Assembly: GCA_002633005.1 (NCBI GenBank)
Contig: NMRA01000453.1
Location: forward strand, 1 to 64,000
Reading direction: 5' to 3'
DNA from: Phoronis australis
Taxonomy: Eukaryota > Animalia > Phoronida
Length of the DNA: 64,000 nucleotides
Part shown: one piece after another, positions 1 to 11,650 of the stretch
How positions within the stretch are numbered: position 1 is the first letter of the stretch
How the letters are laid out: the number at the start of each line of letters is the position of its first letter
Position numbers and translations under genes: made by a program
Notes under the pieces: model-generated
Databases searched by the model: none
What the model was told of the DNA's origin: nothing
What the model saw: only the letters and a program-made list of their open reading frames with translations

Positions 1-95
1 TCCGATTTTTTTTACGCGGAAATATTATAAAAAAAGCGGACAGCACATTTGAAAAAAGCGGAAATCCGCGTTTCCGCAGAAAATTCCAAGCCCTG
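1..95 (-). mobile_element. End of a hAT-like MITE (same family as 39062-39498)
   Basis: Reverse complement of 39062-39156 with about 2 mismatches; ends in ATTCCAAGCCCTG. Confidence 0.8.
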
Positions 96-891
96 ATTAA
101 GCAAAGCATTGAAACTGTTATGCACTGTTATTCACAGCGCAAATATTCTGCTGTGGCTGTTATTACTATGGTGACAACCGAGTAAATTCTGCTATGCTTG
201 ACGTCTGGCTTATAACATGCACCATGTGCAGGTCTGTGGCTCTAGTTCACTAACTGCATCTTCTACTTTCCTGTTTTGGGTTTCACACTGGTTATATGCC
301 CCCACTATTAGCATACAACAGATGCAGTTCTTGCAGGCACATTTAAAGATACCCTTTCCGTTTCTAATCAGTAACAAGCTTTGCATTAATAGAATTCAAC
401 TGCAAAGCTATCTAGTTCAACTCTTTCACTGCCACGCGTGCCCTTTGGCAAGTTACCCCGTCACTGCCAAACATGCCGATTGGTGAGTTAGGGTCTTTCC
501 CGTTTTTGGCAGACAACAGGAAGACATTTCTGAGGACCACTTATCTTTTGAATTGTGGTTGAACCAACAACCTCTTATCGTATTGCCACGCCATTTGGCC
601 CATGGGCATCTGGGTGGAACAGCGCTTATAAGCATAACTTAAGCGCATGTGCCAATATGTGAACCACTTGCCAATGAGTAAAAAAAAGGCTGCTATAAAC
701 GGCATTATTTTGGAAATAGCTCCATGAGCCTAAAGGTTTGAAAATACAGTAAAATGTTGTTCATGGAAATCAAGTCAATTTTTAAAAAGAAAACGGGCGT
801 GTCTATGTGCGAATTAATATATGGGCCTATGCGGGGGGGGGGGNGCATTATTTGGGCTTATACAGTGAGCTTGAAGAACACAGGGCCTTAC

Positions 892-3800
892 CAGCAGCTA
901 GCTGAAACTTTCCTACGCTACACTCAGTTTCATCATGGAAATTCATTGCAACAGTCTCCATCCAGGAATTGTCTGTGTTTCTGATGTCATCTACATAGCC
1001 TTTATATACCTGTGACAACAACACAAAGATGAAGAAGACTACTACAGAAGGGAGCAACATAAAATTAACAGCAGAAACAACAAAAGCAACAGAGAGCATT
1101 TATATGAACCTTCCATGTGAATAAAACAAGAGTATTCCTCAACTGGGATCATAGAACATGGTAGATATAAAAGTAGGCACAAAGAAAACTACAATTCCCA
1201 CAATTCCCATCAGCCAGCTTCATCCAAAATCAATGCCAGTAATGCTCTCCTCAAAAGGAAAACACATTTGCTAAACTTCATGAAGATCTATCAAGGAGCT
1301 TTGAAGATATCGAGACAGGCGCAAGAAAACAAAATTGCCACTAGGGGCGCCACAGTAGTTGGATCTGTCTAAAAAATCAGTGGCAGCTCGACTCTTCTCA
1401 AAAGAATCAGAACACTTAAATTTCATAACGATAAATCCAACTTACAAGACAGCTGATGCAAACAAAGATAAAACTGCCACTAGGGAGTTGGATTTCTTCA
1501 AAAATCGATGTTAACTATATTCTCATCAATAGAAACACCTGCCACCAGTCATGATGATTTGTTGAGTAGATTGGTGAATAGGTTGCTGGATGGAGAAAAA
1601 CAGATGTAAAGGTAATAGAAGTCTATTGGCGGACAAAGCATTGGTATAATCTGTTTGAAATGGGACAGATGCCATTGTTTCCTTATCAAGGAAGTTAACA
1701 GATATTGCACAATAGAATTAGATAAAGAAAAAATAAACTTGCCACTAGGACATGCCACAATAGCCAGACTTGTACTAAAATCAACGTAGGAAAACCGTAA
1801 ACCAAATTTCATGATGTTCCATTACGACATATTCTGTGCGCTCCTAGTGGCTGCTTACAATATTTCAAGTCCGTTTTGACATCCGCCTCGATCTGCCAAA
1901 CCACTCGTCGAAGAATTGTTGTGGAAAGTGGCAGAAGTGCTCCTATTGAGAAGAGCATAGCAGAGTGATTCTAGAACAGATCCAGTTGCCCTGGCGCCTT
2001 CTGGTTGCAATTTTGTTTTTTTTTGTCTGTGCTTCAGTTTCTACCAATTTCTTTGATGGAGTCAAATCCCTCCAAAAATGAAAACATGTCAATGCCACCT
2101 TCATAGAAATCTATTCACCTGAAATCCATCGCCGAACAAAGGAAATGCAAAGGCAAATGAAAAAAAGAAATTGCCACCAGCAGACACAGCTGTACTCGAA
2201 CTCGTTAAAAAAATGGCGTGTGCCATCCCATCCATGACAGAAACACCTCTGCAAAATTTCATGAACACCCATCAAAGTATTTTGGAGATACAGCAGCAGT
2301 CCGGTGCAGTTGATGGAGATGTGCANAAACGAGGCAACAACAACAAAACATTCAAACTCACCATTAAGCAGAAGATGCACACTAACTATAAGAATGACTA
2401 TCGGGTCAACCGGCTACGACATCTGATTGGTGCATCATCCGCAGGATGTCATCGACCGATCAGAAGTCTAAGCCGATTGACCCTGCGAAGTCAAACAAGT
2501 GTACCCAATATCTCACTAATGCATACTTACAATGTTACAAACTTCCATTAATTATTTTTTGACTATTTTGCCAATTTGTGGGTGACAGTTTGAAGGAAAG
2601 ATGTTTGTGTGAAATCTGTCTCTATACATGAGTTTAAAATTGGTAAATACAATTTCTTGAACCTTTGGAGATTATGTAAATCCGTCATGCCCTATATTTA
2701 AGAAAGTAGGTAGCGCGTCATTCAAAGGTCTGAATTATTGATCATTTTGCATTGAAGGACATGTGTCAATATTTTTTGTTACAATATATTTTAATTTTTT
2801 GACATTGGGAAATGTAAAAAAATATTTATAGGGGTCATAGCTGTATGCTAACATGTTGACAGTATGCAAGTGGTGGTTTGTAAGACTTCATCTACAGATT
2901 TATTGTCTAGCTTCCAGTTGTTCACATGCAATACAAATCGGGACATTAACATTGGAACATCCCATAGTGACCGCGGTGCGTGATACCTAAATTACGACAG
3001 TGAAGTAGGAGCGCACTTCAACTTTTAAACAGAAGGGCTAAGACTGTCTTTGAACTGTTTCCCATCACACTACCACTGCTAATTTGAGATGGATAATTCA
3101 GTCCGTGAAATAGTTTAATCTTTCCGTTTTTCATGGTTGTGGCACAATCATTTATGCTGCAAAAATATTTTGTTCTCGCACGTGGCCGCACAAGGGAAAT
3201 TAATGTTTTGCCACTTTGTCTTACCTGGTAACAATAGGATCAGCAGCATGGTTAGGCCCCCACCGGCCCAGAAGGCCTCGTTCACACACACCTGTCCTGC
3301 CTACAGGATTCCTGAAAATTAACAACAACATGTAAATGACTGATATATATAAGGATCACCACAAACATCACAATAATCAGAACCATAAAAATGCAGTAAA
3401 GTCTCATCAAACATACAGTGAACACATTTTTATTTGTCAATTTTTCAAGAAAAGTAAGCAACACGAAATAAAAACTCCAATCTTCCAAGTTCTACACCAG
3501 AGGAGGCAGTGTGGCCTGGTTGATAAGTGCCCGCTTTCTTTACTCGAGGTCGTGGGTTCAAGTCCCACCAGGTCACACTGCTAAACCCTTGAGCCAGGTT
3601 TCTAGCTCCTCAGCTCGGTTTTAACCATATATCAATAAAGCATAAAAATATTTCCAGGTGATCAGTGCAATGGGCCCACATGCGAGGCCTGCGCACGTCT
3701 GATACAACATGTGTCAGACCGCCTGCAATTATTTTTTTTTTAAGTTCTACACCATAGCGTAACACTTGACAATGTTTTAAAAATTGTGGCCAATCACAAC

Positions 3801-6800
3801 AATGTTAGATGTCTTTGAAAAATGAAACATGATTGCCTTGGCAATTACTTTTTGGAAATTGGTGAGTTAATACTGTAATTATAATAATAACTATAATAAT
3901 AATCAGACTGGTTAGTAATGCTCTGGTTACAAGACTTGAACTTTGTACATAGTATTCACTCTGGTGAAACCAGAGAATTGTTTTCAGAACTACTTCTCAC
4001 CACTCGTTATGGGCAATGATTTAAGATCAGAAAGCCAGATACATACAGGACCTCCCGAGTGACACTCAATGCTTTGTCTACTAATACACAGGCATGTTGT
4101 TCAAACAATTTCAAGATAAAATAGTCTTGTGATTCATAATAACAGACTCGTTTATCAAAACACTGCAGGTAATCAATAGCTAAATACAAATGCTCTATTA
4201 ACATCGCAAAAATGTGTTGAACAAAATCCGAATCATTTGTTGGAAGACGCCTTTGACGTATTTCATTAATTACTGCAGTTTGCGCAACACTGCACTGATT
4301 ACACAAATGGATGAGTAGTAAAAACAAAATGACACTGAGCCTGTTAATTATTCAAGTGATGTACTGAAATCTTCAAGTGCTCATACCACTTCACTTTGTC
4401 TATTGATTTTGCTTTATTAAACAAAATTCTAGGCCACATTTGCACAAATTTCTAAAACCATACTTTGTTGAAGCTATTTCAGTATTTTTAAGGTGTTTTC
4501 AATACTTCTACGGTGAACAACAAAATCAATCATTTGGTCAAAAATAATAATGGTTAAATATTTGGCCATACGTGCGTAAGTCCACACCCACAACTTGAAC
4601 AGTTTTGATATACGCTGCTACTGCCCTTCTACCGCCCACAACCAACTTAGAAAAAGATAAGTTTTAAATGATCAAAATTTAGGCTAACGCCCACTCTCAA
4701 TTTATTTTTAAAACAGTAAAAGCTTGCTCTCAAATGTGGTAACAAATAATAGTAAGTCACTGTTGCCATGACATCCCTGCTCATGACATCAAATCCTGTG
4801 GGCAGATTGTGTTGTACACATTGTTGAAACTGACACAGCCAAGATCATAATCAGCCATTGACTATTAATAGTCTATGCAACCAAGTCTATTTTTCAAAAT
4901 AATCCGTCTTGCATCGCATTTGTAAGAACCAAATCCCGGCCTTGTTTAGTCCGGTCCACAATTACAGACAGGCATGGCCATTTTTCCACTGTTCAAGGTA
5001 TTCTGACGTTGTGAATGACTAGAATGGTAAAAATCATTGGCGGAGTGAACTTATGGAACTGAGCTTGAAAATGGCAAAGCATTAATTTAGTCATACTTAT
5101 TTTCATAAAAAATGAGAAAATGAAATGTCACCCGTCTGCCACATTGTGTCAAAAAATAATTACAGGCGGTCTGGTACACGCAGACCGCGCATGTGGGCCC
5201 ATTGCACTGAACACCACGAACCATTTTTGTGCTTTATTAGTATAAAGTTAAAACCGAGCTAACGAGCTTGAAACCTGACTCAATGGTCTAGCAATGTGGC
5301 CCAGTGGGACTCGAACCCATGACCTCGAGAGAGCAAGCGGACATTTATCACACTAGGCCACACTGCCTCCTCCCCACATTGTGTCCTGAATCAACCAGAT
5401 TTTACCGCAGTTGGCATCTCCAGATGTGTCTTATTAGCAGATGAGTTCTTGTCATTAGACTTTAACGCCATTTCTATGAATCCAGATATTTTACAAGAGC
5501 AAAAGCCTTTCAATTCTACCACTTCTTGGTTTTAAAGTAAATGGAACTAGGCAAAAAATAATCTAACAAGTATATGTTTCGATGACAAGAATTTCCCTAC
5601 AAATTTAACCAATACAGGTTTCCTGCCTACTGGAGATTTTCCATCATAGTTTAGCTTAACCCAAATCTAGATGGAAAAAATTTCATTGCTTCCCCCGTGC
5701 TGATACCATGAAATGTTCAATCATGCCATTTTCCCTAACTTATTTGTTAATCATAACACACTCAGTAATGGGAACAAATCAAAACATTGGCTATACTGCT
5801 TATCTACCACAAACTATACAGCCCAAACTTGGGCCGTCAGCTCAATGTATGAGAGGAGCTGTCAAAGACTTGTGCACTATCTATACTGCTAGAGGTACAA
5901 CAGCCTTATCAGGCCACCATGACACCATCATCCTTTATGATACTGACTGATAACCATCACTTGTATTAGTGATATTGAGGTATTTATTCATTCCATACTC
6001 ACCTCGGTAAACCTTTGACTATCTCATATGGCCCCATGTGACTAAGTCGATTAACTGTGCCATCCATAGTGTTAAATTGAGGTGGTTTTTCTTTTAATCT
6101 ATGAATTGAAAGAAATAAAAAATGCTTCAAGATATTGAAGAATCCTATCCACGAGCTGAAACATTTAAAATTATCGAAAAACAACTTTTGAGCTTTAGCA
6201 TGCAGTTCACAAACTGTGTTAGGGAGACTGATAATATCAAAATAGATATTTTCTAGTCAGGATCCCCAATACAAAGGATGTGTATACCCATATATGGAAG
6301 CTGGGTTACCAGTACCAATAAACTAAGTTAAACCAGAAAAGCATGGACTTTATAAGGTAACAAACTCATTACACGTACAAAATAGAATAACACGTAGCAA
6401 AGTGGCCAAGTAATGATAAACTGAAAGCGTTCCGAGGAGCGAAACTTGGCGAAATTAACCAAAAAGATGACGATAAAGATGATGACGAAGATGACGACGA
6501 TGGTGGCGAGGATGAACAAAAGAATTAATAATAACATACACATGACGAACGTAGGAGTCCGAAATCAGTAAGAAAAAGGCTACAGTCTTGAGTGCCACTT
6601 GGCGAAATTAACGGAAAAGACAACGACGGAGATGATGACGAAGATGATGACGATGATGACGAATATGATGATGGTGGTGGCGATGATGAACAACATCACA
6701 ACATTCCTATGACGAACTTAGATGTCATAAATCAATAAGAAATAGGCTACAGTCTAGTTCAGTAGAAGATAAACCAACATCAACGCAGCAAGAGCGCTCA

Positions 6801-8944
6801 ACAAAGGAACAGCGTTATCAGAAAATCTCAAATAACTCGAGAAGTAGACGTCCTAGCGAAAAATAGAAAACATCTTCTGAAAGCCCGTTTAAAATTCTAT
6901 CTAAACTGATGGTATCGCTTAATTCCGTAAATTTTTCAAAAAAAAATGAAATTTTGTGTGTTTTTTAAGAAATTTAAAGTCAAATAACTCGAAAACGGTA
7001 AGTCTGAGAAAAAAATTGTTACAGGAAATTTGAAAGAATATACTTAAAAGAATCCACATGCAAAAATCACGTCTTTTTCTCTTCCCGTTTAAAATTGCAC
7101 TCCAGCACGACTGAAAATGGGTCAACATGCGCCAGATCCGCCATCTTGAAAGCAACTTCGGGTTTTTTGGCTTTGTATAATAGCATGTCATAAGAAACTA
7201 ATACCTGTAAAAATTCGAAGGAATTGGTCTTATAATGCGCCCTCTACAGGAGAAAACGTTTTTAGGCCAAAATCGAGGTGCGCATGCGTGTTCGCCGATA
7301 TTTCCGCCATCTTTAACCGGAAGTAAACAATTTTCGGTATACTTGTAGAAAACTTCCAGTCCATTTACTGTGTCGATTCTTAGCCTTTTACGTAAAAAAG
7401 TGGAGCCTCCAGAAGCATTTGAACCTTTAAATGAAAACAAAATGGCTGCCACAGCCGCCATCTTGGATCCGATTTCGACGAAAAACAATAGGCTTCCAGT
7501 ACTTCCGGAAGTACGTGTTATGTGTAAATTTTGTGATGATTGGATGAAAATTGCAACCTGTATCGTGCGAACAAAAAAAAAAACTTAGTGACAGAGCAAC
7601 NAAAAAACAAACTTAGTGGAAGAGCAACAAACTTGGCGAAATAAATTTCGCCAAGTAATAATCAATCAATCATACTTGACAACATTATGGATAGGCCGAA
7701 TTTGCACTTGATGACCCTTAGATTCGAGCTAAAAACTGAGTTTTCGAGTACAATGTCAAAACTGAGTTCAGTCTTGAACTTTTAGCTTTAATGTTGGGCT
7801 TATCAGGTGCAAAATAGAATTACAGTCTTCCATATAAGCCATAATATACTTGAGCACAGAATAACATAATACTAATCTTGAGTTAATACCAAAGTACTGT
7901 AGAAAAGAGCAGGTTGAAAAAACAGTTCTGAGTTTGATTATGAGTGACAATATTATATCCCGGCTCCTCAGTTATCATTCAGCATTGTCTTCCAACACAG
8001 AACATTTCCAAGAAACACCCAAGAACATGGTCTAATAGTAGGAAACAGGTAACTTTTACATACACACCAAAACCAGTTTGTGCCAAACAAAATTTTCATG
8101 GAAACTGATTTTAAATAAAACATTTTAAACAGGTGATCAGTATTTGTAACAATTTCTTGAAAATAGTTCAAAAGCTCTGTAGATGGTACATGCAAAGTGA
8201 ATCAAGGATTCGTGTTGGACATGAGACAAGGTGCAGGTATTTCACACCTGTGATGTTCATTACTCCTGAATAAACTATGCACAAAACCTAAGTGTCATTC
8301 AATGCCCCCCAGTTTCAGGATACAGGTACTGTCATGCTGGCAAAGAGGTATTTTTGTCACTTTTCTACTAAAGATTGTTTGGTTTGCAGCGACTTTGAAA
8401 AGATATACTTATAAATTTTCTTCTCACCTCAAATCGGCCATATTGATATTTCAAAGAAAAAAATTATGGCTAATTATCGAATGATTTAAAAAAAGTTATT
8501 TCTTGTCTAGCTAGCTTCCGAGGTTTCGCCATAACTTTGATGAAGCCATACCATGTTCAATGAAATCAAAATTTTAAGTACAACAGCATTACATAAAGAA
8601 TTCAGTTAACATTTTGACCTTTTAAGCATTGTTACAGCACTGTGAAACAAGCCTCTCATAAATGTCAAAAATGAAAGCTTCCCCGTCATAATAATTGATA
8701 ATCTAAACACAACACACCTATCTTCGGGTAGATCTGCCCAAACTGGCATATTCTGCACAGACTTGGCACAGTATTTGACTGGACTATACTCAGGGAATGG
8801 CTGAGACCATGGCACTTTGTTGTCAGGTACTTGATAGCGCTTCACGTCACTCCCTGGGTAGGTGGGGCAACGAGCGTTCACGTGAAACTTGGGATTCACC
8901 ATACTTGCAGTGGTTGTTCCTCCTTTAGCACAGAAATTCCCCAT
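892..8944 (-). CDS. NUDT9: ADP-ribose pyrophosphatase NUDT9 (partial; spliced; Nudix-box exons not found; last exon lies left of the window)
   Basis: GT-AG exons on the minus strand: 8963-8718 (MGNFCAK...[26 protein letters not shown]...WAD; ATG at 8944), 6098-6003 ([27 protein letters not shown]), 3311-3225 ([29 protein letters not shown]) and 1009-892 ([27 protein letters not shown]). These match recalled NUDT9 motifs [20 protein letters not shown] and YKGYVDDPRNTDNAWMET. The true start may lie in an upstream exon. Confidence 0.88.
1125..2385 (+). mobile_element. Helentron/HINE-like non-autonomous element with internal degenerate tandem units
   Basis: Recurrent units containing GCCACTAGGGG and AAATTTCATGAA. 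Segment 2215-2310 matches the reverse complement of 53490-53580. Boundaries are approximate. Confidence 0.6.
3500..3740 (+). mobile_element. tRNA-derived SINE
   Basis: A box (TGTGGCCTGGTTG) and B box (GGTTCAAGTCC at about 3555) followed by a non-tRNA body; an inverted copy lies at 5150-5374. Confidence 0.75.
5150..5374 (-). mobile_element. tRNA-derived SINE (same family as 3500-3740)
   Basis: Reverse strand reads GAGGAGGCAGTGTGGCCTAGTG...GGTTCGAGTCCCAC..., with a body aligning to the 3500 copy (CAGTGCAATGGGCCCACATGCG). Confidence 0.75.
6325..7660 (+). mobile_element. Helentron/HINE-like element with ~155-bp tandem units and terminal hairpin
   Basis: Repeated ACTTGGCGAAAT motif at 6444, 6597 and 7631; (GAT/GAC)n microsatellite units; 3' hairpin ACTTGGCGAAAT-AA-ATTTCGCCAAGT. 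Confidence 0.55.
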
Positions 8945-10425
8945 AAAACGTCTAGCTATAGGACTGAAAAGTAAAAACACACTCGTAGTAAGGTACAGGT
9001 CACATTTCTGCGTCCAGTGACTATACGTTATTCAAACAACTTCTTCACAAAAGCAGTGAGACCTACAATGTCATCAGTCTGCTAGTGGAAAAGTGACATG
9101 AGGAGATAGTAAATGACTAAATGCTTAGCCTTAATCAAATCATCAAGTATCCTATACATTCACGCCCACTCCCAAACTTTCCCTTTCCTTTCACACTCCT
9201 GTTTTTATGATATATGCATAACCCCGATTGACAATTGAGCCTGTTAGCTGACTTAAATTGTCCGTACCTTTGTGAGTGGTCAACAACACAGAATTTCAAG
9301 AAGTAAAATACATGCTAATTGCTTACGCATGCTTAAAAAGAGTGCATTGTCTATGGTAAATTGCACCAGTGCTTGGATGACATTAACACAGATCCCTGGT
9401 TGTTTGGATGAAATGACACTCCTATTTTTAAAAAAAGATTGGTTTAACTCATCTCATGTTCAGCTTGATGGCCTGTCCATTTTACGTGAGTTTTTCACTT
9501 GGCATTAACAAGGAAGAATACGGTACATTATCTATTTAAGCATTACATTTGGTTATCTCCGCGCAGAACAATTCACAGTTCTGACATCACCTGCCACACC
9601 TGTAAATCGATAGGAATAAACACCTTGCACAAACGACCAAAACTCCACTTTTTCTACGGGAGGAGTACATCATAGAAGTGTAGGATTGATTATCTAAAGG
9701 CAAACTCCCAAGTTTTAACATTCAAGCGGATTATAAAATGGGAGTATTTTACACTAAAGACAAACATCTTCAAACCAACATGACAACTGACGAACAACAT
9801 GCTCTATAAATAGATAACCTAGCAGATTAACGCCAACTGACATCATAATCCGAGAACGTTGATTAGTTGAATGATTTTGCATGCGACAGTTGCAGCAACA
9901 GTTGCAGCAATCCAAACACCAACACTTGAGTAACCTGAAAACTCTTGACTTGTGTATGGAGTTTGTCACAAGCTTAGTCTATGCCTGACTACAAGATTTA
10001 TCGACTTACGGTATATGATTAAATAAAGCTCAAAAAAGTACAGGAGGAAATCTCCAGCTCAAAATCAAACATTTTTCGTCCAATCACGACAACCTCATAA
10101 TAAATGTCCATTATTCTATGATTGAGTACATGACTTTCTAGTCTATATTTGTTCTTGAGGACCGCTTGAGCTGCAAAGAGAAGTAAAAACTTGAAAATTC
10201 GAGTTCAGATGCAAACTTATAGGTTTCATGATGGAGTCAACAAATGGAAACCAAGATTAGACAGACATACACTCAAACCATAACATACATACCGTAATCA
10301 ATCAATGAATTGTAGACACTTCAAGAGTTTGGATTATGTCAAAACTAATTTTGAGTTTGATTTCTAGTACAACGATTAGACACAGTACCCAAGTCTATAC
10401 TTTTACGATAAGTCTTAAATAGGTA

Positions 10426-11650
10426 AGCAAGACCAACGCGGAGCATTGAAATGCACCCACAACAGCACTGCAAACGGTGTGCTTCTATGGGTGTTTTTAG
10501 TGTCATAAAATGGCATAGAATGTGTCAAACCGTCCGAATAATACACAACTATTTGCTAAATTTCATGAAAATAAGCCAAGAAACTCCTAAGATATAGAGG
10601 CAGATGAAAAAAAAACAATTGACAGTAGGGTGCACAGCTATAGTCCGATATATCGGAAACTCGTCATCTGTGGCCATCTCTATAGGAGCCCAACTGCCAA
10701 ATTTCATAAAGATCCTTCGAAGGGAAAATACAGCTACAGATGCAAAAAAGCAAAATCGCCCCTAGAGAATGCCAGAATAGTTAAAAACATCTGAAAATCG
10801 TCAGCCAGTGTCTTTGCATCAGGAACACAACCGTCAATTTTCATAATGATCCTTTGAGTGGTTTAGCAGATAGAGACAGATGTCAAAACATGTACAGCAA
10901 AAATGTTTAAATGGCCATGGGATGGCGCAGAAAACATCAAATCTGTCCGAAAATGATAAGTCATTGTTGTCTCCTTAATAAAAACCTATTTACCGAATTT
11001 CATGAAAATACATCAATGAACTCCAAAGATACAGAGGCAAACGCAAAAAAACATTTTGCCACTAGGGGGCACAGTGACATTTGGATGAGTACGACACTTG
11101 TTACCTTTTGTCATCAGCTCCATAAGAACACATCCTTCAAATTTCACAAAGGGTTAAGGAGATTCGGCCTCAGATGCAAAAAACAAAATCGAAACCTAAG
11201 GGGCAACACAGCAGTCCAAACTGTCCAAAAGTAATCATCAGCCGTGACAATCCTTAAAGTGGTATGACAGATAGAGGATGCCAGAAACCAGACACAAAAA
11301 TTAAAAATGGCCACAAGGTGACATAAAATCTGTCAGACCCATCTGAAAATGGAATGGCATCATCACCTTATTAAAAACCTATTTGACAAATTTCATGAAA
11401 ATCCAACAAGGAACTCTGAAGATACAGAGGCAAACGTAAAAAACTAAAATTGCTACTAGGGGGCACAACATTATCCGAATCGGTCTGAAACCCATCGTCA
11501 TCTGTCGTCAGACGCATTGGAACACACCTGTCAATAAGATCCTGCAAGGATCAAGTTTAAGAGATACAGCGGCCGATGTCAGACGATGGACGCCTGGACA
11601 GAAATGACGGCAAGTATGCACCCACATATTTTTATGTGGGTGCATAAAAA
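10426..11650 (+). mobile_element. Helentron/HINE-like element
   Basis: 5' sub-terminal ATGCACCC (10451); internal degenerate tandem units with AAATTTCATGAAAAT and ACTAGGGGGCAC; 3' hairpin ATGCACCCACAT-attttt-ATGTGGGTGCAT followed by an A-run. Confidence 0.7.

Noticed and set aside
3505-3580. Possible tRNA gene
   Set aside because: It has A/B boxes but a poor cloverleaf, and continues into a body shared with a second diverged copy, so it is a SINE head.
4007-4327. 106-aa minus-strand ORF inside a NUDT9 intron
   Set aside because: No NUDT9 or other recognisable motif; it does not supply the missing Nudix-box sequence.
6328-6543. Hydrophobic 71-aa ORF resembling a membrane peptide
   Set aside because: It is the antisense reading of (GAT/GAC)n microsatellite inside a repeat element.
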